From Mobula hypostoma (Eukaryota), in the NCBI RefSeq assembly GCF_963921235.1, contig NC_086108.1, positions 37,946,001 through 38,010,000 on the forward strand: a stretch of 64,000 bases of DNA, in the 5' to 3' direction. The notes under the pieces are model-generated. The model made no database searches. It saw nothing but the letters and a program-made list of their open reading frames with translations, and had not been told where the DNA came from. A program made the position numbers and the translations under genes. Positions 1 through 13,494 of this stretch are shown here, one piece after another (positions within the stretch are counted from its first letter, which is position 1; the number at the start of each line of letters is the position of its first letter).

Positions 1-435
1 GGATCGAAGGAACTACAGAAAGTTACAAGATTAGTCAGCTCCATCCTGGGTTACTAGCCTCCGTAGTACCCAAGACATCTTCAAGGAGCGTTGCCTCAGA
101 AAGGGAGCATCCATTATTAAGGACCCCCATCACCCAGGAACCTTGTTACCTTCAGGAAGGAGGTACAGAAGCCTGAAGTCAGCTACTTAGTGATTCAGGA
201 ACAGCTTCTTCCCCTCTACCATCTGATTCCTAAATAGGCATTGAACCCAGGCCTTACTTCTTTATTATTCCTGTTTTTGCACTTATATTTTTAAATTTAA
301 CTATTCTATATACATGTATATACTCACTGTAATTCATTTATTTATTTTTTCCATATCTATCATGTATTGCATTGTACTGTTGCTGCTAAGTTAACAAATT
401 CCACAACATATACCAGTGATATTAAATCTGATTCC
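1..435 (+). mobile_element. Rex1/Babar-type LINE 3' fragment
   Basis: Degenerate LPSGRRYRSL...RFRNSFFP coding segment, then a 3' UTR ending in aaatctgattc. The same UTR recurs at about 12880-13212. Confidence 0.7.
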
Positions 436-439
436 TTTT

Positions 440-955
440 CAGATCATTAATGCATATAGTGAAAGATTGTCAATCCTACATAGAGCCTTGAGCCACTTGC
501 CTCTGGCAGCAATCCTGAAAAGGACCCTTTTATCCCTACTCTCTGCCTTCTGCCTGCAACTAATCTTCTATCCATACTAGTACCTTGTCTATAACACTGT
601 TTAGCAGCCTCATGTGTGGCACCTTGTCAAATGCCTTCTGAAAATCAATGTAAATAACGTCCACTTACTCTCCTTTGTCAAACCTCCTCAAAGAATTCTA
701 ACAGTTTTGTCAAGCAACATACTGACTTCATTGTATTTAATCATGTACTTCCAAGTAGTTTGAGATTTCATCCTTAATAATGGCCTCTAACATCTTACCA
801 ACTACTGAAAATAGGCTAACTGACTGACAATTTCCTCTCTTTTGTCTCTCTCCCTTCTTAAACAGGAGTCCTATGTTAGTGTTTTTCTTTTCTTCTTGGA
901 TGCTCCCTGACTCCAGTGGTTCTTGAATGAGCACTACTAATGCTGCCACAATCTC
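440..955 (-). mobile_element. CR1-clade LINE RT fragment, decayed
   Basis: ORF 737-949 LFKKG...GNCQSVSLFSVVGKMLEAIIKD is a typical CR1 RT N-terminal region. Confidence 0.8.
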
Positions 956-1561
956 TTAATATCCCTCTGATACTTTATATGCAAGTTCCAGTTTTCATTT
1001 TGCTTCTTCACAATAACTGAAAGACAATTTATATTTTACATCTTTTATTTACTGATCTGCTGATAGCATCTATATGAAGGTCATTCAGTGTGAGAGGTTG
1101 TTTTCTTTCTTATCAACCACTCCTCCACCCCACATCACCCAAAATCCAACATGAAGGACTCTGAAGTTTAGCAGACACTGGGAGATTGAAAATCTCTCCC
1201 GATTCACCTGTTTAAAACATGGTCACATCTAGATAAATGCATTTATTTCAATGCCTCAAACAATGTCTGATCAACTCTATTGTTTGCATTTGATGTCATT
1301 AAAAACAGTGTGATGCAGAGCTCTTTGATATAATCACTCAGGACCTGTCCCCTTCTCATTGCTTCCATCAGCAAGGAAGCACAGAAGCCTGAAGGCACAC
1401 CTTCAATGTTTCAGGAATTTCCCCTCCACCATCAGATTTCTGGACAGTGTGGCTTAAAGGGCCAGAAGGGGCCCATGCCTATCTCAATCAATATGTATCT
1501 TATTGTAATTATTTATTGTTGAAACGTTACAAAATTTTGCTCATCTCTCCAAGTTTATTAC

Positions 1562-1670
1562 CTGCAAACTTGACATGAAATTTATTCTCGGGTTTCAATA
1601 TCTGAACGTAGAGGGGGCACTTTGGTGCAAAGTCTTTGACAGCCCATGCCCTCAGAATGGTTTGGTGATC
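1562..1670 (-). CDS. KCNT2: KCNT2 coding exon, 109 bp: RCK1
   Basis: [36 protein letters not shown]. Acceptor ttttaaccag, donor G|gtaata. The gene continues beyond both window ends. Confidence 0.95.
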
Positions 1671-2492
1671 CTGGTTAAAATAATACAAAGAAGAACAAAT
1701 CTTATTCAGTTTTGTGAAGAAGACAGAGATAATACTAATGAAGACAATTATTGAGTGTGGTAACAGTAAAGAGCACAAATAAAACTCTAATTCATTGTAC
1801 AAATGAGTTATGCCTACATGTATGCCTTAGATACATTCAATTACTAACCTAATATCCATATCATTGCCAAAGAAGTTGATTTATTTAACATTAATATCTT
1901 TTGTTTGGACTCTTACTCATTATTGGATAATTTGAAACAAAATTTTATCTAAGATGTTCATTCACAAATGGGAAATAATTAGTGAAAGGAAGAAATGTAT
2001 GTCTCAAATAGAAATCTTTAATAAAATTCTATTTGATTTCCTTAGAAAGGCTATCATCAGGATTAGATAAATTAGTGGTCGAGACAAACAGTCATCTTTT
2101 TCTTTGACAGCCTCTTTGGATGGAGGATTTCTTGCTTCCACTTCGTTATGTGTGTTATGAGGTGGATAATGAAGCCAATAATCTCAATGGAGTGGGGGAC
2201 GGGGTGAATTAAATAGTCAAAGTTACAGAAATGAGAAGGAAAGTGTCAATACCATCAGGCAGATATCCAACAAGACCCTAACAACAAGGTGTATGCATGT
2301 GCATGTTGTGAGAGAGGGAGCAAGAGGATGATAGAGAATAAACTGAAGAGAGGGATATAGATGGGTAGGGAGAGACTGTTGTAAAATCAATTGGATGGAA
2401 TCCTGGAACATAAAAATTGGAAATAATATTACACAGCATGAATACATAAATTAGAAACATGTATTAAATATGAACAAAGTTTTTTTAATATA

Positions 2493-3566
2493 GGCACTCT
2501 CAAATTTTGAGAAATGGGCATCCTGCAAAGATCACAACAAGAGCACAATGTGCAATGCTGAAGGAGCTGAAAAAGAACACAAGGGTAACCACAAGAGACC
2601 TGCAGAAATCTCTAGAACTTGCTAAAGTCTCTGCTCATGTGTCCACTATAAGAAAAACACTGAACAAGAAAGGTGTTCATGGAAGGACATCACAGGGGAA
2701 ACTACTGCTCTCCAAAAAAAATTGCTGCACATCTGAAGTTTGCAAAAGACAACCTGGATGTTCTACAAAACTCTGAGACAAAATGTTCTGTGGACAGATG
2801 AGCCAAAAGTTGATCTTTTCGGCAGAAATGCACATTGCTATGTTTGTAGGAAAAAAGGCATTGCACACCAACACCAAAACTACATCCCAACTGTTAAGCA
2901 TAGTTTGAGCTGCATTGCTGCCTCAGGGCCCGGACAGCGTGCAATCGTTGAGGGAACAATGAATTCAAAATTGTTTCAAGACATTTTTCAGGAGATTGTC
3001 AGGGTAGCAGTCTGCCACCTGAAGCTTAATAGAAGTTGGATAATACAACAAGACAATGATCCAAAAGACAAGAGTAAATCAACAACAGAATGGTTTAACA
3101 AGAAGAAAATTGGTGTTTTGGAATGGTCGAATCAAAAATCCTGACCTTAATCCTATAGAAATGTGGTGGAAGAACTTGAAGCAAGCAGTTCATGCAAGGA
3201 AGCACCCCGCTGCCCCGCCGCACTCCCAACATCCCAGAGTTAAAGGACTTTTGTAATGAGGAATGGCCTAAAATTCCTCCAAGCTGATGTGCTGGACTGA
3301 TCAACAATTACGAGAAAGGTTTGGTTGAAGATATCTCTGTTCAAGGGGTCACACCAGTTACTAAACTTTATTCAACAAATACATGTGATATTGGATCATT
3401 TTTCTCGACAAATAAATGAATGAGTATGTTTTTTTTGTGTTACTTATTTAATTGGGTTTTGTTTACTAGTTTTAGGACTTAGGTGAAGATCTGATCGCAT
3501 TTTAGGTCATATTTATGCAGAAATAGAGAAAATTCTACATGGTTCACAAACCTCCTAGCACCACTG
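2493..3566 (+). mobile_element. Tc1-like DNA transposon remnant (5' end lost, transposase frameshifted)
   Basis: GHPAK/HTH region, then WTDE, QQDNDPK and PDLNPIE (DD..E triad) split over three frames. The right end ...ctagcaccactg is followed by TA at 3567-3568. Confidence 0.9.
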
Positions 3567-4612
3567 TACGTAGTTTTTTTGTTATGTAATTTTTCTTACC
3601 AAGATTTCTCTTATAATTACTGAAATACACCAAGTGTTTCTCTCACACACAGCATTCAGAATGCTGAGCAGTTTACCACCTTCTTCAAATAGAAGCCATG
3701 TATAACTTGGAGGCCATTTTCATCTGTATGGATGTAACCCCATCACCCACCTCAGGTAAAACATGCAACACTACCCCCAAATTAGTCCTTATTGGCCAGT
3801 TTTTACTCTTTGCTTTTTTTTAACTCTCTTTATTTCTCATCTATATTTCTCAGCAGAAGAACATTCTTTTGCTTATTAACTGAAATTATTGAAATAACAA
3901 GGAAAAAAAGTAAAACCCAAATTTCTCAAATATGTTTGGGTAGAACTGCCATGAAAACAATACTGAATATTCATATTGGTCTAATTTGTGTCAACTAATG
4001 GCTGAGGTTAACTCTATCCTCTTTTCCAAAAGTGGAAAGATCACATTGGGTTACTTTGAAAGTTGGTAAATGTAAGAGACACGCTTCCCTGAAAGGGAGG
4101 CACAGAATATCAAAACCTAAATTTTCACAAGCTGATCGTGACTATTTCCAACGGGATGATAGGTCATTTCCATCTGTTTTCTCTGTCAATAAATGATGCA
4201 AGATAGAGGCTGATAATCAGTTACAAGTCAGAGAGGAGTTCTCAGACTTTACATATGAACTTTGACAAATAATTTAGGAAATAATTTGGACTTTCTACCA
4301 CAATTGTTGAAATGTTCATATATAACTCAGTTTTTATTTGACAGGAAAATGGAGGTATCCTGATTATCAGATTATATTGCAGGAAAAAAATACTTTTCCC
4401 GGTCTGGGTTCTGTTGTACTGTATCCTGAATTACAATAGGTAGGGAATTTATCTGAGGCTGGCAGTAATGAAGAAAAGGCCTTTTGGCTGAAAAAGACTA
4501 CACCAACTGAAAATTTATATATTGTAGTTAATTTACACCATTCTAAACATCATCTTTTTTTGCCTTTTGGAAACTATGTAGTAGATATTTCTCTGAAAGT
4601 AACACAACTTAC

Positions 4613-4676
4613 AGCAGCTGTTCTGTCAACTTCATATCGACTGCTAAGGATAAAGCAAGCTTCAGCATCATCCATT
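4613..4676 (-). CDS. KCNT2: KCNT2 coding exon, 64 bp: RCK1
   Basis: Not in the ORF track; (K)MDDAEACFILSSRYEVDRTAA. Acceptor ttcag, donor GCT|gtaagt. Completes the split AA|A lysine codon from the previous exon. Confidence 0.93.
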
Positions 4677-4784
4677 CTGAATCACATTGTAAAGGAAGGC
4701 AGGATTTATGGATAAAAAGAAAGGCAAATATTTGAGAAATATTAATACATTCATGATAGATTTGCAAATACATTCACCAAGTAG

Positions 4785-4920
4785 TGTGGTCTTCCACTGA
4801 TTCTATTATGGTTATTATTCTATTATGGATTTATCGAGTACGTCCACAAGAAAATGAATCCTGGAGTTATATATATGACAAATATATATTTCGATAACAA
4901 ATTTACTTTGAACGTTGAAT
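4785..4920 (+). mobile_element. LINE 3' UTR tail fragment (Rex-like family)
   Basis: Matches 12400-12537 (ggatttattgagta...aaatttactttgaac). Confidence 0.6.
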
Positions 4921-5364
4921 AGTACAGAGATAATACACCCATGGATGTCAAGTGAAAAAAATCATCTATCTGTCCAATGTTATTTTCAATTTCAACTTCA
5001 ATCAGTATATATAAACAAAATAATGAAAATTTAGAAGTGATTAGTATATACAATCATATACAAGGGGATTTCAGTCAGTGTTATAAAGCTTGCCAGCAAA
5101 ATTTATATGGGTTTCGGCTTTCAATTCAATGTGGAAATCACTCCTTTCATTATACTATTTCCTGGATGACTCAACATATTATTTAAAAGGAAGTTCCCAT
5201 TCTGTTTTCAATTTATATATATGATACAGCAATTAATGTCAATCATAATTATCTTCTAGTATAGAAAAACCATATTTCCCACTTATGAAGAGATACTGAT
5301 TGCAAATGAGCTTCTAACAGAAATATTGCACTTACAATCAGGAAAATAACAGGGGTAAGAATAT

Positions 5365-5990
5365 AGTTCAAGATCAAGTTCAATTTTAATTATCATTCAA
5401 CCATACATAAATACACATGAATACAGACAAACAAAAGAGCATTACTCCAGCGCCAAGATGCAACACACAGTAGCAATAGTCACACACAGCACAAGGTACA
5501 TATAGCACATATAAGATAGCAAGCACATATAACATAGCAGTAAAATACAGTTACACCATAAAAATATAGTCCCAAGTCCTTGAGTCCACAAATGTTGCCA
5601 AAGTGTGCAGTCAAACACGATATGGATTGTCTTCTGCCAAGTGAACACAGGGGCCAGCACCAACTCTAGCATGGATGCCTCTGACACCACTGGTTCTTCT
5701 GGGCAGCTGTAAACAGGTGACACTGTGACTTGAGGCCTAGCCGCTGCTATGACCAAGGCCACGCAGCTCCTCTGCCAACCGCTAATAAAGCAGTCAATCA
5801 CACTTGCAGCATTCCACATTAACAATGTCCAACAGGGTCTTACGACCACAAGAAATGCAACTAAGAAGATCACTAGCTGTTCGACTGCACACTACCTTTA
5901 TGTACCAACACTTCTCTGATGCAGGCAACACCTTCAGCTCCTCCAGCTTCTCTGCTAATGAGAAACTCACTGATGGGGTAGACTTGCAAT
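5365..5990 (-). mobile_element. Non-coding retroposon with LINE-type tail
   Basis: The tail (gcacctt/atcttggc...gaatgataattaaa plus ttga-type repeats) is shared with 28385-28480. The far boundary is uncertain. Confidence 0.45.
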
Positions 5991-6008
5991 TTTAAAAAAA
6001 TGCTTAAA

Positions 6009-6792
6009 CATAACACCCTGATTAAGATTTTTACTGTGCTGTAAGTATTTCATTTTAGCAGTTCTGTAAGAGCAGTCTGTTCTGCTTTCAGCCTATTTGG
6101 GTTTGAGCTGAGTTAATGGGTTTTGTTGTTCAACTTAGGAAGGTGGTGTCAGCCAACCAGGATGGTGGAATTAGGAGAAGGTTCTAGAGAACACTGGGCG
6201 GAGAGGTTTTGTGAGGGACACTGTTGTGGGTCAAGGTCTTTTTCGGAGAGAACTGGGAGAAGACAGGAAGGAGGATGGCTGAGGATGTCACCTCTGTTGC
6301 ATAAGGTGCTTTCTGCAGATCCTATTTGTTTGAGATGTATTTCGTGCAACATTTGGAAGATGGTGCATGCTTTCATGCAGACTAACGCTCCAGCAGGTGA
6401 GTTACAAACAACTCCAAGATGAACTCCAACTTATGTGCACATTTGACTGCTTAATTATAATGGGCCCTTTTAGATTTTTTCTTTCTGTTCTTTAATTCCT
6501 TGGTTCAGTTAACATTCATAAACATACATTCTTTAATTGTACGCCGTGTACGGTCTGTTATTTCTTGCCGACAGGTAATTGCAGCGGACAGTAAATCACA
6601 GGGCATTCACACAAGACGGGGTTTGGGTGAGAGAGACATCCTAGCCTCACGTTTTGGCAGAACCAAAGTCAAATACACCCTAGATGTAAGGCGCCTGAGA
6701 AAGGCGGGTTTCTCATCGTGGAATCCAATGGCTGTCAGTGAAGGACTAAGGAGCCACATTTCCAGAGATGCCCAGTCAAAAGGGGTGTCACA
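6009..6792. mobile_element. Probable solo LTR
   Basis: About 780 bp bounded by imperfect inverted termini (cataacaccc...ggggtgtcaca) with A-rich 4-bp flanks (taaa/aaaa). No coding remnant. Confidence 0.45.
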
Positions 6793-7239
6793 AAAAGACA
6801 ATAACACCTTTTGTTGGTCCCATAGTAGCCATTGAGGTTGAGTGTGCTGCCATTTTACCAGGATTAACCAATGAATGACGTTTCCATGTAGCATTCATAG
6901 ATCCCCGCTGGTGGTTTACAGGTCAACACAGTGTAGCAATATTACTTAGTTGCACATTAACAGAGTTTCCCTTCTGCCTTGTCTATACAATGGAAATGTT
7001 CACTCTATTTTCTCTTCCCCCGTGCCTGTATGCTTTATTATTTCAAATTCAGCATTTTTAATGGTATCTTTCTCGCTTATCCATCATCAAATATAAGTTA
7101 AAGGAGCTGGATATCTTCTGAGCTGTTTTAGAGATTGTTCCAAAAGTAGACATGGAAGACAAAAGTATTACAAAATTTCAGAGTTCATTTTTATTGTATC
7201 TACAATTATTAATATTGTGCACAAAATGAAATCGACCTT

Positions 7240-8645
7240 GATCAAGAAAAGGAGTAGAGACAACCTAGGAAATTATAGACCAGTGAGTTTTATTTCAGTG
7301 ATAGGCAAATTGTTGGAGAAGATCCTGAGAGACAGGATTTATGAGCATTTGGAGAGGCATAATCTGATTAGAGATGGCTTTGTCAAGGGCAGGTTATGGT
7401 TTACAAGCCTGGTTGAATTCTTTGAGGATGTAACAAAACATATTGATGAGGATAGAGCAGTAGATGGTGTGTATATGGATTTCAGCAAGGCATTTGATAA
7501 GGTTCCCCATACCAAACTCATTCAAAAAGTAAGGAGGCATGGGATCCAAGGAGACCCTGCTTTGTGGTTCCAGAATTGGCTTGCCCACAGAAGGTAAAGG
7601 GTGGTTGTAGATGGTTGGTACTCTGCATGGAGGACAGTGACCAGTGGTGTTCCGCAGGGATCTGTTCTGGGACCCTTCCTCTTTGTGATTTTTATAAATG
7701 ACCTGGATGAGGAAGCAGAAGGGTTGGTTAGTAAGTGTGCTGGTGACACAAAAGTTAGGGTGTTGTGGATAGTCTGGAGGGTTGTCAGAGGTTACTGTGG
7801 GACATCAATAGGATGCAGAACTGGGCTGAGAAGTGGCAGATGGACTTCAACCTAGATAAGTTGGAAGTAGTTCATTTTGGTAGGTCAAATTTGAAAACAA
7901 AATATCATATTATATTAAGACCTTGGCAGTGTGGAGGATCAGTAAGATCTTGAAGTCCGTGTCCATAGGACACTCAAAGTTGTTGCGCCGGTTGATAGTG
8001 TTGTTAAGCAGGTGTATGGTGTATTGGCCTTCATCAACTGTGGGATTGAATTCAAGAGCCGTGAGCATGAGGCAATGTTAAAGCTATACAAGACCTTAGT
8101 TAGGCCCACTGGTTCAGTTCTGGTCAGCTTACTACAAGAAGGCTGTGGATACTATAGAAAGAGTGCAGAGGAGATTTACAAGGATGCTGCCTGGATTGGA
8201 GAGCATGTCTTATGAGAATAAGTTGAATGAACTTGGCCTTTCCTCTATGGAATGACGGAGGATGAGAGGTGACCTGATAGAGGTGTATAAGATTATGAGG
8301 GGCATTGATCATGTGGATAGCCAGAGGCTTTTTCCCAGGTCTGAAATGGCTAACACGAGGGGGCATAGTTTTAAGGTTCCTGGAAGTAGGTACAAGGGAG
8401 ATGTCAAAGGCAAGTTTTTCACACAGAGGGTGGTGAGTGCCTGGAATTCACTGCTAGCGACAGTGGTAGAGGTGGGTACAATAGGGTCTTTTAAGCAACT
8501 CTTAGATAGGTACATGGTGCTTAGAAAAACAGAGGGCTCTGCGGTAGGGAAATTCTAGGCAGTTTCTAGAGTAGGTTACAAGGTCGGCACAACATTGTGG
8601 GCTGAAGGGCCTGTAATGTGCTGTAGATGTCGATGTTCTATGTTG
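7240..8645 (+). mobile_element. CR1-clade LINE, 5'-truncated
   Basis: [29 protein letters not shown] and RGDLIEVYKI motifs, with frameshifts; gttctatgtt tail. Same family as 50550-59005. Confidence 0.93.
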
Positions 8646-11139
8646 ACTTGGGTTTTATGTTGAAGAGACTGCTGGCCAGCCACAAATAAAGCTTCAAGAA
8701 AACCAACTATTTCTGTCATTCAGAAGAATTCAACAACATTCTAAAAATAACAAAAAATAATTAAATTATTTAATGCATTAAGAATTAACTCAAAATTTTA
8801 AGAATATATCAAAAAATATCAGAAACATTCAAATGAAATTAAATACTTAAAGATCTAAAAAGAACACCACTACAGTCCCCACACAGCTGTTCATCTCCAA
8901 GTTTGATATGATTCCCTCGCAGATGTGCTGGGAAACTGCCACAACTTCATGCTGCACTACCAGACTAACGTATGAGCAGTCAGCAGTAAGTTCAGCACTT
9001 GTCTCTACTGGAATCTTGGAAATGCTGACTCTTTGGGACAGAACACCCAACATTTCTTTGAAAATCTTGACATTGGAGTATGTATTTGTCACTCGTTAGG
9101 AAGCTTTTGAAATTCTCCTCACGTATTGCACATAAAGTAACAGTTTTCTCACTGGTTTCTTTTGCCTTTTTGGTTAATATCTGTGCTACTTGATTATGAT
9201 ATTGGAAACCATTTCCATTCACTCTATGAAAATACATTGTGAACATTATCATGAACACCTCTGATCCTCAATTGCCTCTGTTGTAAGAGGAGACGCAATT
9301 TTCAACAGTCTTTTCATGCATATGTAACCACTCTCCACAGAAACTGCAAAGTTTTAACTTCATACCTGGATTTAGACACAATGATCAGCTTGATGCCTTA
9401 GCAATAACACTTTCTTTCAGAATGTTAGTGGGGTGTAAATGGAAGTGCTTTAAATTGGATTTTTTTTTGTATTGAGGAAAAGAAATTGAAGAGGAAATCG
9501 GAAAATAACCAATAAAAAAGAGAAAAGGTGCATCAGGAATGTTTCTTTCGGTGGAATCAACAAACAGATACTTGATTGAATAAAGTGTTAGAATAGAGTA
9601 CTTTATGAGTACTGAATCCATACTAAATCGAGAATTTATCATGAACTACACCTTGCTAATTTGTTTATTAAATACTATTAGATCATCTAATATACACATA
9701 ACAACAGGATAATTTTGAATTTCACATACTTCTTTCAAGATGTAGGATGCTGCCTCTCTGAAGTTCCTGGACTTGACAGCAGTCATTGAAATGGATGATT
9801 TGATCCAATACCAAGACAATGTACGATTATTGAAATTCACCCAGATATGTTGGCCTTTTCTAGCCCAGCAATAAACATTACGTAGTTGTAGGAGACAAAT
9901 TCTTATGAATTAGGTAATCAGTATTTCCCAGAATCAAGCTATCATATCTTGTGGCTACCTATTAAGATATTGGCTTGCATATGAGCATTTGTTAACTGTG
10001 GTTGTCAATTTCAGAACTTGAGGTTGCATTTCTTGGGAAGATGCTCTGGGTTCTATTTTTGATATGCAAATTGTGTTGCAAATCCCCATCAGCGCATTTG
10101 GTAAAAATATAATGTTCTCAGGGATAGCAACTCCAAAACTTTCCTGAAATCTGTTCATCATCAATTGCTGTTTAAACATATGCTGGTGTTTGAAGTTGAA
10201 TAGTGAATGGGAAAGTTTCATTGGGAATTGCATTTTCTTAACTTCGATCCTCTATTTGGTCAGGGAAATTGTCTTGGCAGACAATTGTGTGCTGTTCTTA
10301 AAGTTTTCAGGCAAGTGCAGGTTTGTCTAGACAGAATACAAAACACATTCCTGTAAAGTAATTGCTTTACAAAGCTTCTCCAGGCATCAAGTAAAAAAAA
10401 ATCATGATTGTCTTCTGCAACACAGAAGAGCAATTTGTTTTATTCCAGTCATGCCCTGTGGATTCGGAATGTATGTCATTAATTTACCAAACCGCCATGC
10501 TCACTTTCTGCGCAGACATTATTTGGAAATGCGTTGAAGCAACATCAGTGTATGGGAAAGATTCAGATCCTTGTTTAGATATGGCAAGGCAGTCACTGTC
10601 AGATGGAAATCAGATACAAAAGGATATCGACTCCACAATCCTGCGGCCCTCACATACCCCTTCCTCCCCAAGCTGCAGTCTTCAAAAAGATAAAACATAC
10701 TAAATCCAAAGGCAAGTTCAAGTAGCACTGTGGATCAGGATCAAAGCCAAAAACAAAGACCACCAAGTCAGTGTAGTTTAACAAATGGATGGGGATGATA
10801 GAGCTCGATTAATGTATTGGATTTTCGTGGCAGGTGACAGAAATTGTTGCAGCTCAGATGTAGGTAACAAAGGCACAGAACAAGAGCTTTCAGTTCAATC
10901 ACTGATAAAACAGCAGGTAATCCAATACCATCTGTTTAGTGCCAAGATGATTTTCTACCCAATGGATTTCTAGACCCAGGTAGTCCCAAATCTTTGTCAC
11001 ATCCACCAAAACATGTCCAAATTTAGGTTTTGACAGACAACACCACACCCTTTGTTAACACCACCGTTACCACAGTCTGATTTCATCTTATTGGTCCAAA
11101 ATTAGATGAATAAAATAACTCCATTCAAATACTGAGAAG

Positions 11140-11388
11140 TATTATAGGGGAAAGAATTTTGAGGGCTAATAATTAGTAAATAGTGATGTAGATTGTGCTA
11201 ATGTGGTAACAGGGAACCCCAAACATGGAATGCAGTGACAACACCCAGGTTTCAGATACTTCACTAATGTGCACCAATTGTTGTAATAGAAAATGGATTT
11301 GTTGTTCCATCTGTGAATAATCATTCTATTTTGTAATTAGGATCCAGTGTGCTCCTCAGCGAAGTCTTTCTGTAGCCACCATTCTGTA
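11140..11388 (+). repeat. ERV 5' LTR
   Basis: Aligns with 21868-22161 (shared blocks ggtaacagg.aaccccaaaca, gtgacaacacccaggtt, aatagaaaatgga, ataatcattctatt, agccaccattctg). Followed by a possible decayed PBS tggtaagctcg at 11396. Confidence 0.75.
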
Positions 11389-12119
11389 GGTTTTCTGGTA
11401 AGCTCGTCAATTGGGAAGGTAAAGGTTATGCCAAACACATGCTCAAGTACTGTATATCAGCTTTGGATGATCTCCTGGTGCACACCAATTCTTAATAAAT
11501 TGCCTGTTATTTGAACAACAACCGTGTGGTCTTTCAGTTTACTCCTACAATTGGCATAATCGTCAGAATACTCCACTGGATCGCAACTGACGATGAGGCT
11601 CTCGGGTGGGTGGGCGTGATTGAGATACCACCCTGTTAGGTCATGGGATAACCTCATAACCGACAGTGACCATAAATTGTGGTAAAAAGAGATCTTGGAG
11701 CATGAGGAGTTTGGTGTTGGGGAATGTGAGATTGGGATGTCTAGGTAACAGGCAGCTGGAATTCAGGTGGTTACAGGTTGCAACTGATTTGAGGAATCAA
11801 TTAACTGGCCAAATTTATTTGATAAATAGCTTCAGGTAGCAAGAATTGCAGGCACTAAGGTATGCAGACACTATAAGGCATGGCCATGGCAGAAAACAAA
11901 GAAGCTGGAAGAAGTTGGTGAAGAAGTGTGGGCATCTCTCCTGCAGATCCTAAGTTGGTACCAAATGATAATGAAGGGTTATAATCTGGATGGAACAATT
12001 CCTGAGCAAGTTACTTGGTGGAAGGGACAAGAGAAGAGCAAATATGAAAAGGCTGTAATAATAGTAACAACATTATTGTTCACTCACCGCAAGGTAGTGA
12101 TTGCCAAACAAGCTTGGTT

Positions 12120-12537
12120 GTTGTCTTGGCTGTCATCAGGAAGGACGCACATGAGCCTCAGGACTCAAACTACCAGGTTCAGTAACAGTTACTACCATCA
12201 GGCTCTTACAACAAAAGGGGATAACTTCATTCAACTTCACTTGCCTCATCACTGGAATGTTTCCACAACCTTTGAATTCACTTCCAAGGACTCTCCACCT
12301 CATGTTCTCAATGGTTGTTGCTCAATTATTTATTATTATTAGTTCTTTCTTTTTGTTTTTGCACTGTTTTATGTCTTTTGCACAGTGGTTGAATGCCCAA
12401 GTTGGTACAGTCTTTCGTTGATTCTGTTATAGTTAATATTGTATTAAGGATTTATTGAGTAAGCTGTCAAGAAATTGAATCTCAGGTCGTATATGGTGAA
12501 ATATATGTACTTTGATAATAAATTTACTTTGAACTTC
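12120..12537 (+). mobile_element. Rex-like LINE 3' fragment inserted in the ERV
   Basis: LSSGRTHMSLRTQTTRFSNSYY plus the 3' UTR ending aaatttactttgaactt. Confidence 0.7.
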
Positions 12538-12879
12538 GGTGTGTTGACCCTGTTAGTAGACAGATACAGAAAGTACCTTGTCAGTACTCCACGAATACAA
12601 CGGGCTGCTGTGGATAAACGAGGGAACATAATGACAGGAGGAAAATACCCAGGCCTACAGGTCAACACAAAAGTGGCAGAACTTAAAGTGCTAACAGAGC
12701 TCCTGAATTTAGGTAAGGGACATAGGTGAGTGTCTTTATAGACAGTACATACAGTTTTGGAGTTGTACACGATTGCAAGGCAACTTGATCAAGAAGCTGT
12801 ATGTAACCTCATCAGGAGGACATATACAACATGAAGAAATAGAGAAAGAGTTAGCCAAAGCTGCTTTTCTCACTGTTAC

Positions 12880-13029
12880 CATCAGTGAGAAAAGCAATTC
12901 AGGAACAGCTTCTTCCCCTCTGCCATCCAATTCCTAAATAGACATTGAAGCTTTGGACACTACCTCACTTTTTTTAATACACAGTATTTCTGTTTATGCA
13001 CATTTTAAAAAATCTACTCAATATACAAA

Positions 13030-13071
<42 letters not shown>

Positions 13072-13212
13072 TTATTTATTTATTTATTTATTTAATTGAT
13101 ATTATCATCATTTTTTCTCTCTCTGCTAGATTACGTACTTCATTGAACTGCTGCTGCTAAGTTAACAAATTTCACATCACATGCCAGTAATAATAAACCT
13201 GATTCTGATTCT
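12880..13212 (+). mobile_element. Rex-like LINE 3' fragment inside the ERV RNase H
   Basis: ttcaggaacagcttcttcccctctgccatc...aataaacctgattctgattct; homologous to 190-435. Confidence 0.75.
13031..13093. repeat. Compound microsatellite (TCTA)n(TTTA)n
   Basis: Directly visible. Confidence 0.95.
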
Positions 13213-13494
13213 AAACTGACCTGGGAAGCAGAAGTCATAAAGATTAAGGTGTGTGGAAGGGTAGACACCCCTGAAGAAACGGAAAATGCATTTGCTGATC
13301 AGGTAATTATGGAGGAATCGGGAGGTAGTGATGGTCAGGGAGGTGAAGAAGAAGGTTTAAGGTGAAACAAAAGAGTTTGTAATCAAAGAAAAAGTAGATT
13401 TGCGAACAAGCAGGAGTGGTGCAAAGGATGATGGAATGTGGAAAGAAAATGAATATTTGGTAGCCTAGAGTGGTTCAGATATACATTGTGAAAA

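Larger units (their letters stand above)
12585..13305 (+). pseudogene. ERV RNase H remnant, split by a LINE fragment
   Basis: VAELKVLTELLNLGKGH / VSVFIDSTYSFGVVHD / VTSSGGHIQH, resuming after 13212 as EVIKIKVCGRVDTPEETENAFADQ. This follows the retroviral RNase H pattern AEL..L, D S.Y.FG, GN..AD. Confidence 0.75.

Noticed and set aside
8847..11100. Cluster of 60-100 aa ORFs as a possible pseudogene or viral insert
   Set aside because: I translated several frames and found no recognisable motif or consistent strand. A translated search would be needed to exclude it fully.
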